NCBI GenBank assembly: GCA_051362555.1
Contig: CM120640.1
Coordinates: forward strand, 54,228,788-54,292,787
Direction: 5' to 3'
Length of the DNA: 64,000 nt
DNA from: Lingula anatina
Taxonomy: Eukaryota; Animalia; Brachiopoda
The position numbers were made by a program, and so were the translations under genes. Shown here in pieces: positions 36,404 to 48,400 of the stretch; the stretch's first letter is position 1, and every line of letters begins with the position of its first letter. The notes under the pieces are model-generated. The model searched no databases, was not told where the DNA came from, and saw nothing but the letters and a program-made list of their open reading frames with translations.

Positions 36404-39400
36404 ACATGTGGTTAGTTTACTAACCGATTTGGCTTCATCTTTGGGTGAAAATTTGAAACTGAAGGTGTGGATACTCAAGTCCTGAAAAGGTAATCAATGA
36501 AATAAACACAAATTGCCCTAGCTTTATCTACAAAACTATCCAAAGTTTCAAAGTCACACATGTGTAGAAGGGTGTGTACTTAAAAATGCAAATACATAGC
36601 TTGATAACTTTGTGAAACAATTATCTCAGTTATCTAGGATAATCTTTGATAAAAATAAAACTTAAAAATGCAAACAAAATGTTATCAGAGCTTGTTATAT
36701 GAATGTCTCATCTGATTCATTTCATTGCCTAAAAGGGCCAAGGATTCACTGGTATGATTAAAAATTTCAATAGGACTTTACATTTTACCCTAATGCAATA
36801 ATATTAGTAATAGCAACACTGATTTTCTCAAACTTTTTTTTTTTAGAATCAGTTACATTCCCAAAAAAATTAATCAAAACAAATGCTCTTTTAGAAACTT
36901 ATAGAAAAAAATCTAATGGACATGTCGGACCACCAAATTTACACATTCTGAAAATCTACTGGTCCAAACAAAATTTTACCATAGTACCAGTGTCAGGCCT
37001 ACCCAACTACCAGATGCAGCATGAAAGGATCCTGAATTCACTGTACGTAGATTGGATCACGCTACTGGTTTTCAAGGTGTGTATCAGTACGCGCTTTTAA
37101 GTATCAGACGCAACACCCTCTTGCCTGGTACGCGTGCCGCATCTGATACTTCGAAGTGCATACTGATAAACACCTTGAAAACCAGTAGCGTGATCCGACC
37201 TACAGTGAATTCTGGATCCTTCTGTACTGTGTCTTGGAGTTGGGTAAGCTTGAGTGTCTAATGTTGCAGACTGCATTAAGGACATCATGTTCTTAAGTCC
37301 CAAATAAATTTGACTGAAATCTTACAAAAGCAAAACAAAACTTCTTCAAAGATGCATGGTGAGACAACTAGAATTTAGTATCATGGTGGAGTTATTGATA
37401 GTTCTCACACTACCAAGTTGATAGCTATTTCAAATACTAGGTCTTATCTGATTACAACCCTTTACCTTCCTGTCTATCTTACCTTGCACCTGATCTCCAG
37501 TGTCTTCACCTTCCCAGTCAGGTTGCCTCCAGGAGTAAACTTCTTCCGCTTTCCAGTTGACACTAAAATGGAAGTTTTGAAGAATAGTAACAAATGAGTG
37601 CAACAAATGGTTTTATTATGGTGTGGATGGAGGTGTATGCATGCATATTTGGAGTACATATATGTCAGTATGTCTTTGTGACAAAATTAAAATTAATAGT
37701 GATCATATATGTACTTTATATTTTAAAAATATTTTCAGTAATGATATTGTGAACAATCCTTTTCAAGTAATCTAAATTGTAGCAGTCATGAGTACTAGTA
37801 AGAGTATCACTGGACATTCAAACACTGCCACATAGCTTTTTTAAAGCATCTTGCGTTCAACATTAAGTAGACAATAAAAATAACATTATTTTTGAAACAT
37901 AGGTTCACTGTAGGTCTACATATTATCTGGAACTGTGACATATTTTTATAAACATAAATAGTTACAAGAGGGTAAAACAGATATTTGTGTTAATGTAATT
38001 TCTCATTCAGACATAAAGCTACATATCAAAGACATCAAAACTGAAGTCATAAAATTGCTCTTAAATAAGCACAAAGTTGAAACTAAAAGAACTGTAAACT
38101 TCGAAAGGCAATAACTTAAAACAATTCTACGTATAATTCCCTCCACAAGATCCTACCTAGATGTTTAAAGTTAGCCTTCCTGCTCCGTTTTTTAGCTTTG
38201 AAAGGTCGAAATTTCTCATTAGGAGTATTGGTTCTGCTACAGTCAACATGCCACTGAGAGGCATTGCCAGGATCTAGACCAACTTTACCACAGAAAAAAC
38301 ATTTCAGTGCAATTGACAACTTAACAGCATGCAAAGGTCGCTAAGCAAGGGACTTGGAATAAAGTGGAGGTAAACTGGGATTCGTGGGTTATAAAAGTTG
38401 TTTTATACCTATTATGTACATACACTTTTGATTTTCTGTGGTTGAAATCTGAGTGCCCCCCCCCTCCCCCCAAGGAAAAAAAAGGAGCTTTCAAAATTGA
38501 CAAATTGACAAGCTTATTCACTGGACAAGATTCATTATTTAGCAAGGCATTGTTCAGGTTTCTGTTTTAACACACTGATTGGTTTCTAATACATCTGTCT
38601 TTACACTATAATATGAATTAAAAGATTCAGCTGTGGGTGCATTATCATCATCATCATCATCATCGTCATCATCATCATCATCATTATTATTACTATTGCA
38701 TACCAAAAATGTTTTTCCAACCATGTAAATAAAAAGGGGAAACTATCAAAGCGGTACAAAAACCATAAAGTGGCCAACATAGATAAATCATGGAAATATA
38801 CAGAATCTGCATTAACTTAGCAGTAGATTACACAGCAGTTCATAGTGCACTGCCCCATAAGTAAAAAAAAATAGAAACAAGTGCAATATTCATCACATTG
38901 TTACCACTAATAAAACTATGACTCAAAATATTGAGCCCTAGATTAAAACTAGATGGCACTGCTGTCTTTTAATCTCATTCCAATAATAAAACTGATACTA
39001 AAATTTCATGAATGGCAGATTCAACTCTGAAACAGAAAGAGCTTGACATACATGTTGCACCACATGCAAAGATGTCCATAAAACATACAAAAGTACTGAA
39101 TAGATGTTATGCATTACCAATACAAAGGTTAGTTGAATTTGAAAATACAAATAATAAATATTTCATGAAGAACTCAATGCAATTAATAATTTCATTATCA
39201 TGGGTTTGAGGATTGAGGAGTGATGGGTGAGGGAATAGGAAGCTAAAAACAAAATGATAATAATAATAATATAACATGCCTTGAAATATGGCTAATATAA
39301 ACTTGCAGGTTTAGCAGTGAGAGATGCATGTTCTTGTACCATACCAAGCAGCAACCTACCTATCTTTGGAACAAATGTTTCTGTAGGCAGCTTTGGATAT

Positions 39401-42400
39401 GAGGCTGCATATATAATGAAAGGAATGAAGGACTGAGATGACAGGGAACATTTACTCATAACAGGGAAATATTGGTTTATTTATCAAACTTTCACATTGC
39501 AAAATCAATTTGATTCACAGATTTCATAAAAGAGGAATGGACGGATGAAAATATGTAGCACTTCAGATAAACATTTTATGTGGGTTTTAATGAAGCAAAT
39601 GAAAGCAACATTTCAATGGACTTAAATACCATTAAAGAATAACCTACATTATTTCATAAGATACAAAAGATAACTATATTAGCTTCTAAAAAAGTGAGTT
39701 AAAAATTTATTTTAGTACTAAAAAGCGAAATACTAAATTCTAACATTTACTGCAAAAATATTTGACAATCCAGTGTTGTAACAAAAACCACATGCATATG
39801 AGCAACAGAAACTATGGTTTACTATGTTTGCAAAACACAGTTACTTAATACACAGGCTATGGTATATACTTGAAATAGGCACTGGCCCCAGGCCATTAAT
39901 TTATTTGCTAGATAAGTCATACCCAAAGCCTTATGCCCTTTAGGTAAGTAACATTTAGCCTAAGTGTGACAACTGTCAGCAACTGAAGGCCACCATAACT
40001 TGAGTCAAATTTAGTTTGAATTTTTTGTTATTATCATTTTTTTTTCATTTTGCAGAACAAGGCATAGTGTTTTTCTTTCTTTATACTAAGAACAAAAGGC
40101 AAAGACAATATCTTTACAATAAAAAGAATGTCACCTGTCATTGTAACTTTATCCTTAATTTTTATCTTTGTGTGTCACTTTATGACTCTTTAATATTTGT
40201 ACTTAGTACTTACCTTGGTAGATGTCATCTATATTACATAGGGCAATATCATTTTCTCCTAGTAACAAGTTCCTCTGATTGTTGTGTTCCTAAAAACAAA
40301 AAGGTTATAAACAATGCTTAGAATGTAAGTTTTGTGTTTTTTATGTAAATTAATGTTTGACACAACAGCTCATCTTACACTGAAGCATACAAAGATGACC
40401 TTTTATTAACTTTTTAAATAATAATTTTAAGAAAACAAGATGTCTGATGTTCATTTAAAAGTGAAAATGCCCCCCCCAAAAAAAGCCTGATCTTAATATA
40501 TGTCACAAAATAAAAGTCCTTTTTACAATCTTGACTGAAATCATAGGGTTCCATCAGATATATGATGGTTACTACAGTTACTGTACATGTGTTTGACAAG
40601 GCTTTAAGCTAGTTCACATTTAAATGGTTCATTACCCCATCATATGATGATCTGTCTGCTGTCACAAAGCTCACTTTGAAGTTGGTGCAAAACAATGACC
40701 CTGAGATGCCTTGCTTCTGCTCGCTGTAGGCACTAAACTTTAACACATTCTGAGCATGGCCAACAATCAATTCTCCTAAAACGTATATGATCTTTTTGCT
40801 AAACACAAAACTCATGACATAAACATATACTGAGTAACATTTAATAATCTAGTCTTTTTGTACTTTTTGTCATTTTGCTTTTCTCTCTTAAATTCTATTA
40901 AAATTTTTCATGCGTCAAGATGAAAAATTTGAAACAACTGTATCTTATCTTACCTCTCTTACTTAAATTGAAGAAAGAGAAGCAACAAAAAGATTTACAT
41001 CATAGCTTGTTCACACCTAAGGCCCAATGAAACTCATTCTACATAGATCAATCCAACCCTGCAGGGTCACTCGCTGAATGCAATTAGATTAACACACCTC
41101 TTCTTGTTTCTAACATAGTCATATAATCACCAGCTTTCTGTATTCTACTCAATGCCAGGAGGAGAAAGGATAGTCTGTTAATCTGAGATGAAACATTGTT
41201 TATCATTTATGCTTTTATAGCAATCCTGTGCTGCTGACTTTTCTTAACTGTTTTAACTTTTACATTTGGCAATTATGTTAAGCACTCTTGCCACAATGAT
41301 TAAAACATAATTACCTGGTAACAGCTGGGGTTCTAATGTTGCTTGAAATACAGCCACAGCATTTTTGTCAATTTCACTCTGCAAAAAATATTGGGAAATT
41401 ACAAGAACTCTAGTAATTCAATAACTAATTACTTATAACTAAAAACTTCCAACTATTCCCTTAGACCCCCTAAATTATTATTATCTTCTAAATTTCTAAA
41501 TGTTATTTATTATTTTTATTATTATTATTATTGTTGTTGTTGTTGTTGTTATTTAATATTAATAAGTGATGTAAGTGATAAGTAAGTAATGAACATAACC
41601 TCATGAATCCTAAAGATACTTGTATCAGATGGGGAATGAAAAGTCTGTGGTAAGGTATACAATGAAAGGGCAACAGTTGAAAGGGCAGCAGACCAAAAGT
41701 CAGTAAACAATGGGGATAATCCAACATAACACAAAGGTCTGAGAACTTGTAAATATGCAAGGTTTTACAGGATTTGGAGAATAGTTAGATATAATGGCAG
41801 ACTAACAAGTGTGGTACAGCACTAAAAAGCAGAAAGAATTTATCCAGTGATATTTTTCTGGTTATTTTCTCTTAAGTTCTGAAGAATTAATCAATTGCAC
41901 AACAGTCTGAATTTATCATGTTCTGACTCAGAAATGAGTGTCACTATAGTATTAATTGTTTTCTAAGTCGACACCCCCAGCAAACAGCATTTTACATTCA
42001 CTGCTGCAAAGTTAATACTACCTCAAAGATTCTTACACAATTCCTAGTCTCTTTTGACACCAGGCAGTGCCGACACCCTCATTTTTAGCAATATTGGATG
42101 ATACTCATAGAGACAACAATTAAATATTGAACCAACAAGAGAAAATTATAAATGGGACACAAAATGTGAAATTAACAAATCATGAATGAAGTACGTTACA
42201 CCCATTGGTATTGAACCAAATTAAGGAAGTTACTGAGTATGTACAGTACAGTGTAGCAAGGTCTTTGAGGCCATTCATTCTAGGATAGAGCAATCACCTC
42301 TCGAAGCCTTCCTGCAAATGCAGGATAGAGAGAAAGGAGCTGACTGAACCTACAAGGTATACACTATTTTAACACTAGTAACCTCCTTCCCTGAATAAGG

Positions 42401-42732
42401 TAACTTGAGAGTCTAGAGAGATAACCCTTTATATGGATGAACGCTAATTCTAGTTTCAACTTCTGACTAAAGGAACTGTTGAAGCAACGATACTTGATTT
42501 ATATTATATTTTGGACTTAGAACTTTTATTTGTAACCTGGACCAACTGACTGGCTGACTGGAGATGGTGACAAAACTGTTGAAACGGGGCGGAAACCACC
42601 TGCCCTCTGCAACTGGGTCATAGTCTGCCAGAGTGCAAGAAGCGGTTTTATACCAATTATGATGAATTTACAAACCTGTGTCTGTTCCTCCTGCCCAAAT
42701 ATGTCAACGTGTATCTTAAACCCCTTCGACAT
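18367..42732 (-). CDS. MTMR10: Myotubularin-related protein, MTMR10/11/12 subfamily (catalytically inactive), complete multi-exon gene
   Basis: Approximate exons: 42676..42732 (MSKGFKIHVDIFG), 41315..41378 (LEPQLLPG), 40636..40775 (GISGSLFCTNFKVSFV, PH-GRAM), 40214..40289 (RNLLLGENDIALCNIDDIYQ), 37483..37562, 36425..36481, 26608..26704 (LMFAFEY), 23313..23430, 22929..23016, 22534..22622 (WCYSYKNGTALVRMA), 20410..20540, 20085..20237, 19641..19813 (ESDSKDLCCVISSLVQLMLDP..EWVVMGHPFLDR), 18367..19329 (SPVFLMFLDCVWQ...; 3-PAP-like IKLWSQCFLRW). There is no CX5R catalytic loop. Confidence 0.88.
19850..19898. repeat. (TTA)n microsatellite
   Basis: About 16 TTA units in an MTMR intron. Confidence 0.9.
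29265..29566. mobile_element. Near-perfect palindromic MITE (~302 bp) with TAA target-site duplication (PIF/Harbinger/Tourist-like)
   Basis: The ~130-bp arms are GATCGCATTCACAACGAGTTGAGCCATGGCTTTACAAATCCTGG... and ...CCAGGATTTGTAAAGCCATGGCTCAACTCATTGTGAATGTGATC. TAA flanks both sides. Confidence 0.85.
29894..30934 (+). CDS. Orphan class A (rhodopsin-like) 7TM GPCR, single coding exon, nested antisense in an MTMR intron
   Basis: The 346-aa ORF has seven hydrophobic segments and N-terminal NxT/S sites. Family motifs are TM1 SN, TM2 LAIVD, an extracellular Cys before TM3, a DRY variant ARY, TM6 TYLP, TM7 DPLIY, and helix 8 FRKAF followed by a CC palmitoylation site. A probable 5' UTR acceptor (TTTTAG|) lies at ~29626. 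Confidence 0.88.
   Translation: MMSYLEKNLSYNTTNNLSSCDLPTELVGVSATMLILATVLGTLSNIFIIGVFIWERSLRTPVHSLMFTLAIVDFIHCAVHTTSLLLRILGSRWITPDMHTSICKVAFTCSTFTNMENVLLIGALSIARYTQVSKHHQIHFKSVLLYIAFTVILEICFVTYTVFYPVLMTGVCTCSEQDRDYSLHNNWVPIIFLCMFTVCGIIMLVYYLKLLQLIKLHRSAIASLIIHTNKLDRSVFRSMRLLTINFIITYLPLAILIPILISGPLSQTVYENWVLYGGFALNSLGHAVDPLIYGLYSSHFRKAFKKCCLPLWRKCTILGKHNQVSTINMASSVADISFPLGNQVQS
32391..35760 (+). mobile_element. Non-autonomous pearl/DINE-1/Helentron-type (HINE) element carrying a tandem repeat array
   Basis: It starts AAACTAG. The subterminal inverted repeat TATTGTACCACCAGC (32428..32442) matches GCTGGTGGTACAATA (35741..35755). It also has a terminal stem-loop GTACCGCCAGCG-ctaa-CGCTGGTGGTAC, a GC-rich (GGAGCCGGC)/CGGA short repeats at 35650..35712, and an internal core-repeat array. 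This layout matches mollusc pearl-like and Helentron-derived elements. Confidence 0.72.
32595..34750 (+). repeat. Tandem satellite array, 15 units of 146 bp
   Basis: The anchor GTAGGTCAAAGGTCAA (or a close variant) recurs at 32601, 32745, 32891, 33037, 33183, 33329, 33475, 33621, 33767, 33913, 34059, 34205, 34351, 34497 and 34643. Confidence 0.96.
36366..36401. repeat. (GA)n microsatellite
   Basis: About 17 GA units, 25 bp from an MTMR splice donor. Confidence 0.9.
37001..37248. mobile_element. Palindromic MITE (~250 bp) in an MTMR intron
   Basis: GGATCCTGAATTCACTGTA...GGATCACGCTACTGGTTTTCAAGGTGT pairs with ACACCTTGAAAACCAGTAGCGTGATCC...TACAGTGAATTCTGGATCC. The outer ends are ACCCAACT/AGTTGGGT. 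Confidence 0.82.
38643..38692. repeat. (ATC)n/(ATT)n microsatellite
   Basis: A run of ATC units grades into ATT units. Confidence 0.85.
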
Positions 42733-44287
42733 GTTTGATAAGCCTTCTGTTTTCACTTTAAGTTTTGCTTAAATTCAGTCAGGTATTTCCATTTTGAAAA
42801 GTATAAAAGGAGTCATCGATACGAAAGCCGTATAAAGTGAAGCAAGAAAAGACACTACCTATGCTGTGCCCCAGTACCAGTACTGGCACTAAGTGAAAGT
42901 CTAGTGATATGACAGAAGGGTCTTTAGTCTAAAAGTATAGTCAAGAGGAATTTGAACTGTAGGAAGAATCTTTAAAAATGTTGACTCTCTCCATATTTTA
43001 TTTGTGTATGAAAGTGGGTAAAGTAGGGAGGCTTCATTCAAAACTACTGCAAATTTATAGATAATACTAAAATGAAAATTATAATATAAATTAAAGTGAT
43101 AATAATTAGACAAGGACCCATTTTGGACAAGAAATGACACTTTTTCTGGTCTTGGTCATAAGACGATTACTATAGGAATGTCAATGATAATTAAGACAAA
43201 GAGTGAAGGGACTGCTGTAATAATATCTTCTTAAACCTACCTGTAATTTAAATTAACAGGTACAGATTTTAAAATCAAGAACCACTTTTTTCATCATTCT
43301 TTCTGTAATAGAATTCAAATAACTTAAAACTTATAATGTGTAATTAATTTTTTCTGTAAAATATGAAGAGCCTATAATCCACATTTTTGGGAGCAAAATT
43401 GCACTGTATTGTAAGGTCTTTTAATTCACTGCACATATCAAAATCATTACATTAACATAAATGAAGGTAGCAAACAGCATACAGGGGTTGCTTGGTTTTC
43501 TTAAAGTTATGCTAAACATAAAAACAATTGATACTGGGGATAGTGGTTTTGTATCATTCTAATACTTTTAGCTTGAAAGTTTTCAGTTTATTTGATGTTT
43601 AATGGTGCTTTAAGTACTTTAAAAATAACTTGTGCATCTTGATATTTTCTTAGGTTCGGTCTCTTACTTCAAATATCTACTTTGCTCCTTACTCAGCTAT
43701 GTTCAGCAGATTCTTTGTACTGTCTTCAATACAATGGTAATTTTACTGTAGAAATGTCATTAGCTACGTAAGTCAAATGTCAAGGCAATAATCTGTGCCA
43801 AGTGACAACACAATGCCAGCTCAGTGTCTTGAACACCTTTATCCACTCAAATGCTATCTTTGCAGTGTCATCCACAAATGTTTTTATCAAAAAGTGTCAG
43901 TGTTATTTAACAAGCCAACAGGTTGACACACTGTTAGCTACCTTATTCAAGGAATTTATATCATCTGTCATGGAGGTTACATTTTTGCCTTTGTTGATTT
44001 GTTAGTTAACAGCCAAACTCGAGTTCATGAACTAATTTTGATAAAGAATTTCCAGAAAGGTCAGAAATGGGCTCACTAGAAAGTTATCAAATTTCAGTGG
44101 TGATTCATTATGAAATTAATAACAGTGAGAATTGAGGCCCCTTGATGGAGGTTTGTGCATTTTGTACTTTTCTAGTTTTTACTGAGATGCATATTAACAT
44201 GTTACAAGTCCCGTCATAAATTTTTGGAATCCACCATCACGAGGCAAATGAAAATAAAGTAAAATTAATTTTAATCATGCTGTTTTG

Positions 44288-44637
44288 TTTATTATGTACA
44301 AAATAAATTGTTATGCTAAAGTAAATGTAGCTGGTTAAATAATTGAGCAATTAGTGATATGACATGCTCTATTTTTACATAGATCTACTATACCTGCTGA
44401 CTGAATGGTATAAAAGGAAACATTTTACCTCTTTTAGCTTTCTTTAGAACGAGAACCTGTATATCGTTTTTATGTACAAAATGAATTGTCAAACTAAAGT
44501 AAATGTAATTAGTTAAATAATTGAGCAATTGGTGATATGGCATGCTCTATTTATACATTACTATAATTTCCGACTGAATGGCAAAAAGCAATGATCTTAT
44601 TTCCTTTAGCTTTCTTTAGAACCAGAACCTGTATATC
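44288..44637. repeat. Two-copy tandem duplication (~175 bp) downstream of the EXOC6 stop
   Basis: TATGTACAAAA..AATTG...GTTAAATAATTGAGCAATT.GTGATATG.CATGCTCTATTT...TTTAGCTTTCTTTAGAAC.AGAACCTGTATATC occurs at 44288..44465 and 44466..44637. Confidence 0.85.
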
Positions 44638-45409
44638 TATTGCACAAAATTATAATTTCAAGCCCATTTTCACCCGAGTATAGCACCACAATTATGTTAA
44701 CTGGTGAAGACAGTACACAGAATAGCATTCAGACAAAGCAAATGGAGTGCAGCCTATTTACCTGTACTTAGAATTCAAAATTTACCACTTTAACATAGGC
44801 CATTTTTCCACTTTAATGTAGGTGCAACCGGACATACCAATGCTAATGATTAGCAGTAACTTTAAATAATTTCAATTTCTTCATAATCATGTATATGAAG
44901 ACGATATTCACACATTATGCTGTGTTATGTATAAAATTTCTGATAAAATGTATAGCACATAAAGTTGATGGCATGGCTCTTTCACACTTGACAGTACATA
45001 CCTGAAAATAACAAAGCAGCTTTGACAATTACATCAGCAAATCTTGCTTAGCTATTCAGGGAGAATAAAAATTGAACCCCAGACACACTATAAATAACTG
45101 TGTTATCTCAGCATTTGGACATTCTTGAAAACTATGCCAATGAAATTATCATGTAGGCAAGACGTTATTTTCTTAGATATAAGTCCTTCTTGCTGCCGTG
45201 ACAGGTAACCACAGTGTTGCAGTATGACAACAGTGAAGCGTCGTAACAACCAAAATAATGCCAAATACATGATACTCAAGAATCTCAATTATGTCAGCTA
45301 CTAACTGCAGCCTTTATCTAAACCAACAACCTTAGTTTGGCAGACACTGTCAGTTAACTGACTTCATCCTTACACTGCTACATACAAATAAGTCATATTT
45401 TTCTTGATG

Positions 45410-48400
45410 TCAATTCTGATGCTGTGATTCATTTACAAGTTGCCTTAACTGCCTTAGAACAGTTTCAATGAGTTTCTTCTTGTCTCTCTCATTCTTCTTA
45501 AAAGTAAATATCTTTTTTCTGTCTGCAGTATTGACCCTGTAAAAACAATTCATTGGTCAAATAATTTAACAAAAAATAACAAAGGGGTGTCATACTGACA
45601 AATCAGTTAAGAGAAAATTCAACCTGAAGAAACTGTTAAAAAACCAAAATGCTATGTAATGAACCCTCAACATTCAACCTAAAAGTACTGGTAGATGGCA
45701 AAATCTTACTCAATTTATATTAAACTCATTTGGTAGATTTGCCACCATTATCAGTTTGAAAAAAAAACTGATGTATGGCTATTTCAATGGCACTTTAACT
45801 TACTTTTCCAGCAGTGTTATTGCCCTCTGACCAGGAACCCTCAGATATTTACAGTCCAGTTTACCAAAGTCAGCAAGATAAGCTGACCAGTCCTCTGTAG
45901 TAAAGAGGTCCAAGAGCTGAGGGGAAAGGGGAAAAACATTTTTTTTAATTACAACCCTGTTAAAAATGAATTTGAGACAACATTCAAATAACATAAATTA
46001 ATTTACAAAGTAGAATGCTGACAAGCCCCTCAAAGGCACTTTGCTTATTTCTTCCACTACCTGAAATTTCATTTCTTTACAAAAAAGCCATAAGTATGGA
46101 TTCAAGTTCAAAATCACAACTTGTTATTAGTATAATAATAGTGAAATTATAATTACTAACTTGTCTCAAATCAATAAAAGCAAGTTGTAATGTTCCATCA
46201 TTGCAGCCTGGAACTGGCTCCGAGTTGGCAAATTCTGAAAAAAAAAAATCATAGTGTGAAAGATGCCACACAAAATCAATATCAGAGAGAATATAGTTTT
46301 CAAACCAAGAAGTAACATAATAGGAAGACTAAATCCAGCAAGTATACTCTTTCAATGTATGTTAATAACTAAACATACACTTTATTCGAAACAAAACATT
46401 TGCTTTAACTAAAACAGTCACAAAGATGTATTATTAGGAGGTACCAAATTTTCTGTCATAAAATAAAAATAAATGCAATGAGAAACACCTGAAAACAAAA
46501 CAGATAATTATTGGAAAGCTCACAAAATATGGAGAACATCCATACATATTAGTATCTCTTCATGTAATATCTTAACTACCATTCAAATATATAAGTGTAG
46601 GATTTTTCCACAAATATAAATTAAAAACTTCAGTATTTACACCTAAATGAGTTCTTTATTTAGGCTTCTTTTAATCTACATACGTTCACACTGCATAAGA
46701 TCCAGGTTAAGCTGGTGGAGAGCTCCTAGTGAGATGGCCTTGACCTCATTATCCAGCAAGAAGTCCATCATCCTCTGAGCTAGGTGCTTGCATGCCGACA
46801 TCAGGGCCGTTCTGGCAACCTTATCCTACAGATCAATGATATAGTCTTAAAATATTAGTGATCTTAGTAATGGATAAATAAGAATGGTTGAAAATATGAA
46901 ACAAATTTTTTGAAATTTTCATGTTTGCTTACTTCTTACTATTATTATGCATTCTTTCCTTGCCACACTGCTCTTTTTCATTGACTGATGTTCCCAAAAC
47001 ATAAAAATTACATTGAAAACAGTTCAATAAATATAAACAGGAATGGATGATTTGCATTTTTATGTGGATTTTAAAGCATCTTGTTTTTTAATAGTATACT
47101 TGTGGTTATTGTAGCAATATTTCAGTTGATTCAAACTCACATCTAAACAAAGTTTAAAAAATGAGACTCCCAAAGGAACAAATGTCTGCTATAAAAAGCA
47201 AGGTTTGAGGGATGGACTATAATTAAGCAGGAAGAAAAACTGCATGGTAAGTAATGATAAAATTCTGATTTTCTTTTTTTCCCTGTATAATTCCTACTTT
47301 CGGGTGTCTGTAGTCAGTATTATCATACTAACAAAGTCATCTATTTAATATTTTGCAGAATTAGATTTCTCTTTTATTTATGGACAAGGTTTTCAAAAAT
47401 GCAAAGAACAAAACAGTCAGCCTGGTAAAAATGTCAAAAAGGTATAAAAACATATGCTTGCCCAATAATAAGCATGTGAGGCATGCCTACATGGATTAGC
47501 AAAGAAAGGAAAATACAAGGAAAGTTTGATGCATAGCATTGTAGCTACAATACCATATGTCTAACATTGATAAATGTGGACTTTGTCTTGGTAACCATAT
47601 CCTGAAAGCCAAAAACCAAGTGCCTAAGACAATGAAATGGAATTCCATTCAAAGGGAAAAATGCAGCAAAATAAAATGAAACACTTTGTACAAAAATGGT
47701 TTTTAAAAAGTGAAGCAGACAATGCATGATACAGGGGCATTTAAGTATTTTACTTATGTATAAAAGACAAAATTAACTATTTGGAATATAATCATCTCTC
47801 CAGGGAAAGCATAATGTATATGTACACTCAGCCCCCTAAAAAATTGAAAAGATCATTATTTTGAATAATTATAAAATAACCATATGAGCAAAGTCAATAA
47901 TGATTTTTAGTGTCATTTCCATGACAAAGTTTGAGCAAGTCTTGACAATAAACAGTGGATGCTTCACATGATACTGACAAAAAGCAGCCTCAAGATTTTA
48001 TTTTTAACTGTATCCTACATTCTGTATGTCTAAAATAAAGATTCTTAATGTTTATTGTCAAGACTTGCTAAAACTGCAAACTTCAATTTTCGTCACTCCA
48101 TTTACATGATTTGTGAAAATGAAATTTTTAGCCTGAGTGTATATATAGTATTATACATTATATAAGATAAATTTCATTAGGTGAGCTTTGACCATATGCC
48201 TGTTACTCTCTCTCTCTCTCTCTCTCCCATGCACACACATGTGAACAAACACGGAAATATGTATGTCAAACAGTTATTACAACTATAGCCAATATAATTT
48301 AAAAGTTTTTTTTAACAGAATCCCTAACTGACAAAAGAATTCTTTGTCAGTTTGGCTATTCAACAGTTGAACTTCGACTTACTGGCAAGTTAGTAAAGGA

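Noticed and set aside
37052-37303. Paired ORFs on both strands sharing DHATGFQGVYQYAL
   Set aside because: This is an artefact of the palindromic MITE, not a coding signal.
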